Source: Malacoraja senta (taxonomy: Eukaryota). Taken from it: a stretch of 64,000 nucleotides of DNA. The notes beneath the pieces are model-generated. The model was not told the origin of the DNA. It worked only from the letters and a program-made list of their open reading frames with translations, and did not search any database. The stretch spans positions 372,001 through 436,000 of the forward strand of contig CM075995.1 in NCBI GenBank assembly GCA_038087875.1. Direction: 5' to 3'. Position 1 is the first letter of the stretch. Each line of letters starts with the position of its first letter. Made by a program: the position numbers and the translations under genes. Of the stretch, positions 36,909 through 50,286 are shown piece after piece.

Positions 36909-37869
36909 AACTGTATATAAGTGCATATGTGACTGCCTGTATATATGCACACACTGAAAATTTTCTCTCGCCACGGGACTTGCCATCGTCCGCCGGGGCT
37001 TTAACACCGGAGCCCCAGTTCGCCTAGACGCTGCAGTTTGGACTGCTGGACCGCGGGTGAAGAATAAAGGGAAGAGATAAGACTTTGCCTTCCATCACAG
37101 TGAGGAGGTGTTGGAGACTCACTGTGATGGATGTTATGTAAACTGTGTTAAGTGTGGGTCTTGGTTTTTTTTGTAATGTGTTAAAAAAACTGTAGTAATG
37201 ATTATTTCGTTCAAGCCTAGGCTTGAAATGACAATAAATAGCATTCAAAAAAATTCATATTGTTTGCAGTGTACTATATTCTGTTGTGCTGCTGCTGCAA
37301 GTAAGAATTTCATTGTTCTATCTGGGACACATGACAATAACACACTCATGAGCTTTGATACCACTGTACCACCATGCCGCCCGTACTGTGTGTTTCTGGG
37401 TGGGCTGTACGGGTTTGAAAACAATGTTTTGAGCTGTAAATTTGTCAACGTACGATGTGGGAGGGAGTCAAGGAGGAAAATAAACTTTCCTAAAGTTATC
37501 CCACTCTGGGGGATTTTGAGCAAAGCAATTCTCTTTTACAATGATAATTTTCTGGCTATTTTCTCTTCATGGAGATTGTGGTCACAGCAATAATGGGCTC
37601 CAGGAACTCAGCCAACTCCACAAACACTGCTCAATATAAGCAGTTGGTGGAGAGGTCACCTCTGCGCAACAGCAGACTGAGAGAATTGATCTTGAACATA
37701 ACCTTTTGAACCAGGAGGGATGCAAGAGGAATAGTTTACACTGGGGAAATGAAAGCACAGTTTGTTTCAAGACTTCAATGCCAATGTATTCTTCAGAAAT
37801 CACAGAACTGGAAAAAGTCCCTGAACAGAAATATGCTCTAACGAGTTTTTAAAAGCTAAACGAGAAAAA

Positions 37870-38750
37870 GGTGGGTGAGTCTAGGACCAGAGGCTATAGC
37901 CTTGGAATAAAGGGACGTGCCTTTAGAAGAAGATGAGGAGGAATTTCTTTAGTCAGAGGGTGGTGGATCTGTGGAATACATTGCCACAGTCAATGGAGGC
38001 CATGTCAATGGATATTTTTAAGGCGGAGATTTGATAGATTCTTGATTAGTACGGGTGTCAGGGATTATGGGGGAAGGCAGGAGAATGGGGTTGAGGGAAT
38101 GATAGATCAGCCATGATTGAATGGCGGAGTAGACTTGTTGGGCCGAATGGCCTAATTCTGCTCCTATCACTTATGAGCTGAGTAAAATTAAAGAGCGTTT
38201 AAAATTCCCTTCTCATCTGTTGAAATACAAAATGCTCTGTGAAAACTTCAGCAGCTGGAAAGGGTGCAGAGAAGATTTATGTGGATGTTGCCAAGACCCG
38301 AGGGCCTGAGCTACAGGGAGAGCTTGAGAAGGCTGGGATTCTATTCTTTGGAGCGCAGGAGGATGAGGGGTGATCTTACAGAGTTGCACAAAATCATGAG
38401 AGGAATAGATCGGGTAGATGCAGAGAGTCTCTTGCCCGAGTAGGGGAATCAAGAAACCAGAGGACATGGGTTTAAGTGAGGGTGGTGGGGGTGGGGGAGA
38501 TTTAATAGAAACCTGAGAGGTAAACAATTTCCACACAGAGAGTGGGTATATGAAACGAGCTGCCAGATGGGGTAGTTGAGGCAGGAACTATCGCAATGTT
38601 CAAGAAAACATTTGGACAGGTGCATGGCTAGGACATGTTTGGAGGGGTATGGCCAAACGCAGGTAGGTGGGACTAATGTAGCTGGGACATGTTGGTCGGT
38701 GTGGGCAAGTTGGGCCGAGGGCCTGTTTCCACACTGTATCACTCTATGAC
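37870..38750 (+). mobile_element. Two CR1-like 3' fragments
   Basis: Same 3' ORF2 and UTR motifs as other copies. Confidence 0.8.
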
Positions 38751-39082
38751 TCCACCTGCTTCTGATGCCACATCCTGCAACTAACCAAAACGTGCCCACA
38801 CTCACATAAAGAAACTCAGCATCCTAAACGCAAAATATTTACATGTTCCGAAGCATTAAAGGGCGGCACGGTGACGCAGCGGTAGAGTTGCAGCTCACAG
38901 CGCCGGAGACTCGGGCTCGATCCTGACTACGGGTGCTGTCTGTAGGGAGTTTGTACGTACTCCATACAGGCAGCACCCATGGACTGGATCGAACCCGGGT
39001 CTCTGGCGCAGTAAGGCAGCCCACTACCTCCGCCCCACCTTGTTTACTTAAAAACACTAACATCAGCCGCATTCTTCTGAGT

Positions 39083-39905
39083 CGTCAAGTCACTTTATTT
39101 ATATAGCACATTTAAAAACTACTCTTGTTGGCAAAAGTGCTTTTACATTGGTATAAGAATAGTATAACAAACAACAGTGGTTCATAGATTAAATACAAAC
39201 ATCATTTATTGCCATATATACATATAGCCCTCGCTCAGAGGACGTCAAGGAAGGCTTGGGAGTAGAGATAAGTTTTTAGTCTTGACTTAAAGGAGTCGAT
39301 GGAGGGGGAGGGGGCAGTTCTGATGGGAAGAGGGATGCTGTTCCACAGTCTAGGAGCTGCAACCTGCAAATGCGCTAGGTCGCCCCCTGAGCTTATGCCT
39401 GGATGTTCAGCAACCCCAAGTCGGCCGATCTGAGGGACCTGGAGGTGGAGTGGTGGGTGAGCAGACTTTTAATGTAGGTGGGGGCAAGCCCATTGAGGGC
39501 TTTGTAGCCATGGAGGAGGATCTTGAAATTTATTCGGAACCGCACAGGGAGCCAGTGGAGAGAGGCCAGGTTCGGGGTGATGTGGTCCCTTTTTCGGGTG
39601 CCCGTCAGGAGTCTCGCTGCGGCGTTTTGGACCAGTTGCAGGCGATTGGCTGATGCCAGTGTAGAGGGAGTTGCAGTAATCTAGGCGGGAGGAGATAAAT
39701 GTGTGGATGATCTTTTCGAGGTCATCAAACTGGAGGAATTGTTTTATTTTAGCTGTCGTCCGAAGCTGAAGAAGCTAGCTTTTACCACGGCATTGACTTG
39801 TTTGTCAAATTTCAGTGCTGAGTCAAATATCACAGCAAGGTTTTTGACGTGAGGTTTGGGTAGTGGGGTAAGGCTTCCAAGGCTGCCTGCTATCATAAAG
39901 GTCGC
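39083..39905 (-). mobile_element. L2-like LINE 3' fragment
   Basis: VKNLAVIFDSALKFDKQVNAVVK peptide; same tail as 20175-20443. Confidence 0.8.
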
Positions 39906-40195
39906 TACTTTAGGTATAGGTGACGTTTTGAGTCTAAACCCTTCTTTGTTCTGAAGACAGGCCCTGATCTGAAACATCGCCCATCCTTTTTCTCCAGAGA
40001 TGCTGCCTGACCCGTTGAGTTTCTCCAGCACTCTGTGTCTATCTTTGGTGTAAACCAGCATCTATAGTTTTCTTTGTTTCTACACAAGGTTAACAATACT
40101 GAACTAAAAGATCCACCAAGATGCATCACTCAGAACTATTTTTCACTTTGCATTTTATCTGACTTAATTCAACATCATATCAAGATTAACACGGG

Positions 40196-43100
40196 CAGGG
40201 CTGCCAACTCTCACGCATTGATCGTGAGAATCATGCATTTCGCCAAATTCTCATGCTCTCACGCTGATCACAAATTTCTCAGGCTCTGTCGTGAGAAATT
40301 CTGTGATCAACGAAAATTTCGAAACTCATATCAACTGCATGGGCCGCGGGTGTTGGAGAGCCGGGGCTGAGGGAGGGATGGAAGCAGAAGCGGGGACAGA
40401 TGCGGACAGGGAGCCGGGGCTGGCGAGTGTTTGCCGGGCTGGCGAGTGTTTGCCGGGCTGGCGAGTCACTCGCTGCAGCTCCGGCCATGGAGCAGCCTCA
40501 GTGCAAGAGTCCCGGGCCGTCGGAAGCGTTGCGCCGCTGCCGTGAGAGTCTCTGTGCCGAATTCGCCCAGGTTACCGGCATGGATCAGGCTGTGGATTAG
40601 GTGCGTCCTGGAGGACAACCAGTGGCTGCTGGAAGTACGTACCAAGTACTGGGTAGAAACGGTGGAAGATAGTGGCCTTCAAATGGGGTGGTTGGAGAAA
40701 GCATCCTGCTTGCCTGCTAGATTTTCACTTACTGTAACTGCAGCAAAAATGTTCCCGATGTTGGGGGAGTTCAGAACCCGGGGTCACAGTTTAAGAAAAA
40801 AGGGTAGGCCACTTTAGGACTGAGATGAGGACAAACCTTTCTTCACGCAGAGAGTTGTGAATCTGTGGAATTCTCTGCCACAGAAGGCAGTGGAGGCCAA
40901 TTCACTGGATGTTTTCAAGAGAGAGTTACATTTAGCTCTTGGGGCTAGCGAAATCAAGGGATATGGGGGAAAAAACGGGAAATGGTACTGATTTTAGATG
41001 AACAGCCATGATCATATTGAATGGCAGTGCTGGCTCGAAGGGCTGAATGGCCTATTCCTGCACCTATTTTCTATGTTTCTATGCTTGAATTATATGGCAA
41101 TAAAACTCGACCACTTGAATTTGAAGCATTCATGCATGGTGGAGGTATAACGTAGTCATAGAGTGATACAGTGTGAAAACAGGCCCTTCGGCGCAACTTG
41201 CCCACACCCAGCTACATGTCCCAGCTACACTACCTGCTTTTGGTCCATATCCCTCCAAACCTGTCCTATTCATGTATCAGTCTAACTGTTTCTTAAATGT
41301 TGGGATAGTCCCTGCCTCAACTACCTCCTCTGGCAGCTTCTTCCATACACCCATCACCCTTTGTGTGGAAAAAGTTACCCCTTAAAAAGTTACCTCTTAA
41401 AAATACTTCAAACAAAAAAACATTGAAATCATACTTCTACAATGCACTAAAACATGATTTTAATACATTAAATTTCTAAAAGTCCCTATCTAGGGAGGGG
41501 TGACACCCCACTCCAACACCCTGCCGCCCCACCCTCCCCCCACTCGGTTGCTCCACTCCCTCGCCGGGTACCCCCAAGGCCAGTGATCAGTGACCGCTTA
41601 GCCTCCCACTTTCAAAACACATCCGTGGCCCCTGGTTCAGACAGAGAGCACTGCCAGATGTGAGCGGGGAACTGAGGCCAGTTGTCCGTGATGTCTGGAT
41701 CCCAATGCTCAGCGCTTCGTGTTTCGGAGTTGGCTAATGTTATTGATTTGTAATTAGTTGACAAAACCTTAATTTATTAATCCGGAATATCCAGGGGGAT
41801 GGGATAAGTGTAATAATTAAAATGACATGCAAGGTGTCAGGCTGTCTGTCACAACATACAGCCCCGATAATCCATTATTTCCTTCAGTTAAATATTGGGA
41901 AGGTAGCACTATTGTTATTTGCCACTCAACTATAATGTTTGTTTACCTCACTGACTATTTCTAACCCACCCCCCCCCCCAAATTCCTTTGATAGGTTGAA
42001 TAGAAATTTCCCCAAACTCGTTGTTTTATTAATTGAACACGTAGATGAACATCCTCAAGGAGTGTAACAGATGGAAACTGATTCAGATGCGATGTTTCAG
42101 AGCTTGTTCAAAGAAAGGGCATATTTTAAAGGAGTGACAGGGATAATTGCAGGGGAATGTGTGAGGAGGTTATTATTTGTCTTTAGTTTGAGCTTGAACC
42201 AGCTGAAGATTCAAAGTTTAATATAGTAATTGTGCTGATACTGACTCCAAACAACCACGTAATGAATACCATCCATTCCGGAGGTTTTATTTTTCTGATG
42301 CCATTTAAACTTCACTTGGATTTCAATCACTTCAATGTAAAGTAATTGGGAATGGGGAGCATTGGAACAAAAATTTGCCCTTGGTACATATTAACTGTAA
42401 TATAATAATGTATGCATGTTGGTAGGTGCAATCAAAACAAAGATCTTTTTATCATTGTTGTGTTATGAATACCACAGAAAATATGATGTACTCTCAAGAT
42501 CACATTTAATAGAATAATATTGCTTAAATATATTGTTATTGGACTTTGCATTTCGGAAAAGTCCCAGCTGAGAGGAAGACAACAAAATACTGAAAATATT
42601 GGGGGTGAAAATGACTGTTAGGAAAATGAAGGAAATGGTAACAGAATACTGATACAGCTGAGTGAGTATAATTTTATGGATGGGAAATTGTGTTCAACCA
42701 ATTGATGACTTCTTTGACAAAGTAACTAGCATGTTAGATAACAAGGGAGCCAATGGATGTAGCAAATTTTGTCATATAAAATTTAGTCTGTGAAGTGCCC
42801 CATAAAAGATTACCACATTAGATAAGCACCTGTGGACTTGAATGTAATAGGTTAAGTCCAGGGGGTCAGATATGGGGCTTTATGTGTGGGCCAAATATAT
42901 TGTCAGTGCAGAGGGGCTAGGTGCAAGGCCAAGTGTGCATCCAGAGTCAAGGTCTGGAATAGTACTGGGTGTGCAGTCAAAGCTGGGACAATGGGAGTGT
43001 TCAACACTGGGAAATTAAGCAGGTAAGCAGCTATGATCAGAGTGTAATAGGGGCCAGGTGTAAGGCTGGACTCAGGGTCAGGAATGAAAGAAGGTATGCA

Positions 43101-43504
43101 CTGGAGTCAGAGTCAGGAGTGGTACCAGGTGTGCAGTGAGACCCAGGTTGGTCAACATGGGTCAAGTGTTTGATTTATAATCTGATTTCATACATGAATA
43201 TACTAAGATCATTCATGTGCTGCACCTGTTCATCACAGCCTGGCTCTACTGTGGAATGTAATTAGGGGATGTAATTTAGCCTAACCTTATTCATAGCTAA
43301 TCCAATTTAAAGCAATAAATATTGCATTCAAGTGTAAGTTAAAAGACTCGCAACAGTAAGCACCAGATTGCACAATTTCAAGCTGAAAAATGCAAAAGCT
43401 CGTACCAATGGGAGGGGGACACCCCCCCCCCCTCGGTCGCTACCCTTGGGCTTGGTCTGTCGCAATTTCTCACTCCCAACTTTCACCCAATGTTGGCAGC
43501 CCTG
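40196..43504. mobile_element. Putative 3.3-kb composite hAT (Blackjack/Tip100-like) element
   Basis: Perfect 13-bp TIR CAGGGCTGCCAAC...GTTGGCAGCCCTG. Flanks ACAC-GGG / ACACTGGG. Confidence 0.6.
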
Positions 43505-45054
43505 ACACTGGGTACCCAGTTCATACCCAATGGTATCATTCCCCAATGGTATGAACAGTGAATTTTAGGTAACCTCTAAAAACCCTCCCCTCTCCTTCCT
43601 ACCCCACACACCCCTTATCTCTCCCCTTTCCCTGTGCCCCCACCCTGACTCTCACCTATTTCTCTCTCCCTTTCATCTGGGGGCTTGTAGTCACTGGAAT
43701 TTAGAAGGATGAGGGGGGATGTTATAGAAACATATAAAATTCTTAAAGGATTGGACATGCCCTAGATGCAGGAAAAATGTTGGGGAGTCCAGAACCAGGG
43801 GTCACAGTGTAGGAATAAGGGGTAGACCATTTAGGACTGATATGAGGAAAATTATTTTCACCCAGAGAGTTGTGAATCTGTGGAATTCTCTGCCACAGGC
43901 CAATTCACTGCATATTTACAAGAGAGAGTTAGATTTAGCTCTTAGGGCCAAAGGAATCAAGGGTTATGGGGAAAAAGCAGGAACGGGGTACTGATTTTAG
44001 ACGATCAGCCATGATCATGTTGAATGGCCTACTCCTGCACCTATTTTTCTACGTTTCTATGTTTCCATGTAACTCAGCAGGACAGGCAGCATCTCCAGAG
44101 AGAAAGGAATGGGTGATGTATCAGGTCGAGACCCTTCTTCAGAATGCAGAAGGGTCTCAACCCGAAACCTTCTCTCCAGAGATGCTGCCTGTCCCGCAGA
44201 TTTACTCCAGCATTTTTGTATCTATCTGTGGTTTGTCCTGCCTCCCCTCTATCCCAGATTTTGTCTCCCCCCACATCCCCCCCCCCTCCCCCTACTCAAT
44301 CAAGAGGAAGGTCCCAACACAAAACATCACCTGTCCATGTTCCTCTGGTCTTTTCTCACCTCCAGTCCCCCCCCCACCTCTATCTTTCAGCATGAAGAAG
44401 GGTTCTGACCTGAAACATCATCTCCAGAGATGCTGCTTGACCCGCTGAGTTACTCCAGAATTTTGAATCTATCTGGTATAAATCAGCATCTGCAGTTCCT
44501 TCCTATACATGCTGCCTGACCTGCTGTGTTACTGCAGCATTTTGTGTCCTTTTGTGGAAACCAGCACCAGCAGTTCCTTCTTTCTATGATAAAACTGGGT
44601 ATGTCTGCAATGACACACTGCACTTCTCAATCTTTAATAGCTTATAAATTGCACTGTTTGCACCTTATTTTACAAGTTATTGACATTGTAAACATTAATA
44701 AACGTCCCAGTCGCGCTCCCCAGTTGCCGGCCACGCCTGCGCAATTGAGGGAGGGTTGCCGTGACTCGTGTCACAAATGGAATCTCTGGCGTCACAACGG
44801 GAACCCGTCAGATGCGCCTGCGCCGTTGGGGGCTATCGGTGAGTGGGGGAATATTGCGTTGGAGGACGGGGACCCAACGGGTCTGCACTTGTAGCTTATA
44901 AAACTGCACGGTTTGCACCTTGTGAACATTAAAATATTTATTGATGACTTAACCACAAATAAGAAAATGGATAAACCTTGTGGCCCTTGGCATGGGAATT
45001 TACTTTCCATTTTCACAATTATGCAGGAGTTTGAAAACAAATGAATGCACCACC

Positions 45055-45695
45055 TGTAAGGATGTAACGCTGAGGATCTATAAGGCACTGGTCAGATGGT
45101 ATTTGACATATTGTGAGCAGTTTTGGGCCCCATATCTGATGAAGGATCCGCTGGTGTACCGCTTCATCAGATTGTGTTCAGTCTGGGCACCATGTTATAG
45201 GAAAGATATTGTCAAGCTTGAAAGGGTTCACAGAAGATTAATGAGGATATTGCCAGGACTAGAGGGTGTGAGCTATAGGGAGAGATTGAGCAGGCTGGGT
45301 CTCTATTCCTTGGAGCGCACGAGGATGAGATCTTATAGAGGTGTATAAAATCATGAGAGGAATAGATCAGGTAGACGCACAGAATCTCTTGCCCAGAGTA
45401 GGGGAATCGAGGACAAGAGGACGTAGGTTCAAGGTGAAGAGGCAAAGATTTAATAGGAATCTGAGGGGTAACCTTTTCACACAAAAGGTGGTAGGTGTAT
45501 GGAACAAGCGGCCAGAGGAGGTAGTTGAGGCTGGGACTATCCCAACATTTAAGAAACAGTTAGAGAGGTACATGGACAGGACAGGTTTGGAGGGATATGG
45601 ACCAAACGCAGGCAGGTGGGACTAGTGTAGCTGGGACATGTTGGCTGGTGTGGGCAAGTTGGGCCGAAGGGCCTGTTTGCAGAATGTGTCACTCT
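45055..45695 (+). mobile_element. CR1/HER1-like LINE 3' fragments
   Basis: ORFs 44980-45348 and 45341-45625. Confidence 0.85.
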
Positions 45696-46550
45696 TACTT
45701 TAGTTTAGAGATACAGCGTGGAAACAGGCCCTTTGGCCCACCAAATCCGCACCGACTGGTGATCACCCCGTACACTAGTTCTATCCTACACACTAGGAAC
45801 AATTTACAGAAGCCAATTAATCCAATAACACTATCCAACATACTAGGGACAATTTTACAATTTACTGGAACCAATTTGCCTACAAACCTGTATGTCTTTG
45901 GAGCGTGGAAGGAAACAGGAGCCCCCTGGAGGAAACCCACACGGGAAAGCATTAAAAACTCCATACGGACAGCACCCGGGGTCAGGATCAAACCCGGATC
46001 TCTGGCGCTGTAAGCAGCAATTCTACCGCTGCGCCACTGTGTCGGATACCAGAAAGAAGGAAGATCTGCAGATATATAGCTCTTTTCACAACCTGTCGAC
46101 ATTCGAAGGTATGTTACGGCCAATGATGAACTTGTAATAAAGGTTACGGAGTCATAGAGTCATCGGCCTATGTCTTCATGTGGGAAAGGTCATAGCTCCG
46201 ACAGTCACATGAAGCGCAGTGCGTCAACCACATGACTCCAAAGATTACACCACAGAGACTCTTTTAAAATGATGCCATTATATCTTTTACACTTGAGAGG
46301 TCGAACAAACCTTGGTTTAACTCTTCTGAGGCTGTATCGCCCAGCATTTCCTTGTTCCAGACTGAAGCATCACCTTGGATGTCAGGGTCTGCAGAGTGGA
46401 TTGTGCACTCACAGTCTGACTCAGGTTAGAATCCCGTCCAGCTTTCTCGCCGACCCCCTCACCCCCATCACAGTCTGTCTGAAGGGGGATCCCGACCAGA
46501 ATTGTCACCAGTTCATGTTTTCCAGAGATGCTGCCAGACCTGTTGAGTTA

Positions 46551-47226
46551 TGGGCCTGTCCCACTGAAAGCCCTGTCCCACTGTACGAGTTCATTCAAAC
46601 AGTTCTCCCGAGTTTGCCCCGATTCGAACTCGGAGATTTACGGTAATGGCCGATCGTAGGTACTCGGGGCTCTCATGGACATTTTTCAACATGTTCAAAA
46701 ATCTTCACGAGTCTTCCCGAGCTTACCGCGTTTCCCCGAGTACCTGCCGTTAGCGTTACGAGCCGCTAAGAGACGTCCCCGAGCTCCGACGTACCCGCTA
46801 CGTACATTCTACGTGCTTACCACGAGTTTGATTTTTTTTTTTTAACTCGGGAGAGCTCATGAATGAACTCGTACAGTGGGACAGGGCCATTGGGCGATTT
46901 TTTTAGGCGACTGCCGGCGAATGCAACAATGGAATTCACCGAAGTCAGCACCGGCGACAACCTACGACATCTTGGTGACAACCTACGTTAACCTGACAAC
47001 AACCTACAACAGCACCTACGTCAAGCTACGCTCATTGACGTCAAACCCACAGTCGCCACGGTCGCCGAATAATTTTCAACATGTTGAAAATCCAGTGGCA
47101 ACCAGAAAGACGCTACGACTCTTTGCGCGACTCAGGAGACTACTCACGACCTTATAGGCGACACCCCGGCGACAGCCTAGTCGCCTGTAGTCACCTAAAA
47201 AAAATCGCCTAAGTGGGACAGGCCCT
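46551..47226. mobile_element. Harbinger-like MITE (TTA TSD) carrying a second related MITE (46568-46888) inside its left TIR
   Basis: TTA|TGGGCCTGTCCCAC...GTGGGACAGGCCCT|TTA. Inner TIR GCCCTGTCCCACTGTACGAGTTCATTCA. Confidence 0.85.
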
Positions 47227-47366
47227 TTACTCTGGCACACCAGTAATAAGTCATAGGATTAAGCCATTCGGCCCTTTGAGTCTACTCCAGCATTCAATCA
47301 TGGCTGATTTAACTTTCCCTCTCAACCCCATTCTCCTGACTTCTTCTCTAACCTTTGACACCCTTA

Positions 47367-47948
47367 AGGCTCTGTCTTACAGTGTTGTGGTCATCAGCGG
47401 TGAAGCGCGGCTTTGCCTGTAGAGTGGACCGCACGGCAACGGCGAGAGCGCCGAGCCTATGCCACGGGAGCGCCGCACGGATGCTGCGCGGGGGCCGAGT
47501 GATTTAAATATGGCTGGTCCCACGTGCTTGCGGTAAGTAAAAAAAAGGGCGGGCCGACTGCGATGACGTCATTTTGGATCTGAGGGGCTGTGGCGGCGGC
47601 CGTCCTGATCGCGGCGCTGTAGCGGTGGCTGTGGCGGCGGCCGTGCCGCACACGTGACTCACTAGCGGAGGCTGTGGCGGTGTAAGTTCGACGCACGGCA
47701 CTCGAGCCACAATGGCGGCGGCTGTGGCGGCGGCCGTGCCGCACTCGTGCCTCACAGGCGGAGGCTGTGCGGTAGGGACATATTTTTGAACAGTGTTGGT
47801 TTTATTTTAGCACCGTGCGGTGTTGGGAACAACGCCGCACGGCCCCGGAATTGTGCGTTTGACCGAGTGCGCGGTCTATGGCGGCCCAGGAGCGGTAGAT
47901 TCTTCCCGTTTTCGCCGCCAATGACCGCAGACCCGTGAGACAGGCCTT
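47367..47948. mobile_element. Harbinger-like MITE (TTA TSD), GC-rich, inserted in a CR1 3' UTR
   Basis: About 40-bp degenerate TIRs. Host TGACACCC-TTA-CTAATCAAG is restored on removal. Internal GGCTGTGGCGG repeats. Confidence 0.75.
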
Positions 47949-48399
47949 TTACTAATCAAGAATATGTCAATCTCCATTTTCAAAATAACCATTGACTTGG
48001 CCTCCACAGCTGTCTTTGACAATAAATTCCACAGATTCACCACCCTCTGACTAAAAAAATATTTCTATTTTTAGTTTTTTAAACAATTCATTTTGAGGCT
48101 GTGACCTCTGGTCCAAGACTCTCCCACTAGTGGAAACATTCTCTCCACATCCAGGCCTTTCACAATTCGGTAAGTTTCGATGAGGTCACCCCACATCCTT
48201 CTAAACTCCAGTTGAGTACATGCCCAGTGCAGTCAAATGCTTATCCTACGTTAACGATCCCAGGGATCATTCTTGAAAACCTCCTCTGGACCCTCTCCAA
48301 TGCCAGCACATCCCTCCACAGATATAGTCATAGAGTGACACAGTGTGGAAACAGGCCCTTCAGCCCAACTTGCCCACGCATTATAAACATTATGGTGGG

Positions 48400-48672
48400 C
48401 ACTATATGAGGTGCTGTTCCTCCAATTTGCGCTGGGCCTCACTCTGACAATGGAGGAGGCCCAGAACAGAAAGGTCAGATTGGGAATAGGGGGGAAGTTA
48501 AAGTGCTGAGCCACCAGGGGATCAGATAGGGTTAAGGCGGACTGAGGGGAGGTGTTGAGTGAAACGATGGCCGAGCCTGCGCTCGGTGTCTCCGATATAC
48601 AGGAATTGACACCTGGAACAGCGGATACAGTAGATGAGGTTGGAGGAAGTGCAAGTGAACCTCTGCCTCACC
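48400..48672 (-). mobile_element. Penelope-like GIY-YIG fragment
   Basis: Homologous to 6080-6350. Confidence 0.8.
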
Positions 48673-49315
48673 AGCATCTGCAGTTCATTCTGTAGCTAGG
48701 CACAGGTCCAATGCCATCTTTAAACTAGCCCGTCGATGCCAACGTCATTATGCAAATAATGAATAATGATGAGTCAGAATACAGGAGGAAGATCGATAAT
48801 CGGCTTGCCATGTGCCAGGACAACAAGAGAGTCCAGAGCTGCAAGTGGAAACGTGCACCGGATGATTCATTTATCCTTCCTATCCATTCTAGCCCTCCTG
48901 CTTTTCACTGTCAGCCTCAAGGTGAACATTAGCTGGTGGTGCTGGAGATGGATAATTTCTTGCATCAGGATATGAGTAATATTGTGGGCTTTCAATTGCA
49001 CCACCAGGAAGAGTCCCGACCCCGAAAGGTCGCCTATCATTGTTCTCCAGAGATGCTGCCTGACGTGTTGAGTTACTCCAGCACTTTGTATCATTTTGTG
49101 CTCTTTACTAAGGTTCCGTGTGGCATTATAAGAATCCAAGAATCCAAATATTACTTGCACAGATTATCAAGTTCATAAGTGATAGCAGCAGAATTAGGCA
49201 ATTCGGCCCTTCAAGTTTACTCTGCCATTCAATCAGCACTCATCTATCTCTCCCTCTGAACTCCATTCTCTTGCATTTAAACCCACCTGAGCAATTACAA
49301 ATGCCTGTGAAGCCA

Positions 49316-49542
49316 TGTGTCTCAAACATTATGGTGCCCTGAAATGGGGGGAGTATGTATAAACACAGCTGTAATTTCTACATGGTGAAACCAAAATGTT
49401 TAAAAATACTCTTTAATAAAAATCTAACAATGTGCACTTTAACCACATGTGGGTTTTTTCTATTACAAATCTCAAATTGTGGGAGTACAGAGGCAAATAA
49501 ATAAATGATAGGTCTTTGTCCCAAACATTGTGCAGGGCACTG
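49316..49542. mobile_element. Tc1/mariner-like terminal fragment
   Basis: Ends ...GGGCACTG|TA. Internal direct repeat of TGTC(C/T)CAAACATT. Confidence 0.6.
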
Positions 49543-50148
49543 TAGTCCCTGCCTCAACTACCTCCTCTGGGAGCTTGTTCCATACACCCACCACCCTCTG
49601 TGTGAAAAAGTCACCCCTCAGATTACTATTAAATCTTTTCCCCTTGACCTTAAACCTATGTCCTCTGGTCCTCGATTCACTCACTCTGGGCAAGATCCTC
49701 TGTGCATCTACCCGATCTATTCTTCTCATAATTGTATACACCTCTATAAGATCACCCCTCATCCTCCTGCGCTCCACAGAATAGTCCCAGCCTACTCAAC
49801 TTCTCCCTATAGCTCACACCCACGAGTCCTGGCAACATCCTCGTAAATTTTCTCTTCACCTTTTCCAGCTTGACAACATCTTTCATATAACATGGTGCCC
49901 AGAACTAAACACAATACTCTAAATGTGGTCTCACCCACATCTTATACAACTGCAACATGACCTCCCAACTTCTATACTAAATATTTTGACTGATGAAGGC
50001 CAATGTGCCGTACTCCTTTTTGACCACCCTATCTACCTGCAACTCGTCCTTCAAGGAACCATGCACCTGCACTCCTAGATCCCTCTGCTCTACAACACTC
50101 CCCAGAGGCCTACTATTTACTGTGTAGGTCCTGCCCATGTTAGACTTC
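49543..50148 (-). mobile_element. CR1/HER1-like LINE fragment
   Basis: ORFs 49472-49777 and 49977-50180. Confidence 0.85.
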
Positions 50149-50286
50149 CTGGGGGCCCAAAACTGCTCAAAGTATTCCAAATGCGGTCTGACCAGTGCTT
50201 ACAAAGCCTCAGCATTACATCCTTTTTTTTATATTCTAGTCCTCTTGAAATTAAAGCATGGAATAATCTCCACCCTACTATAGTTA

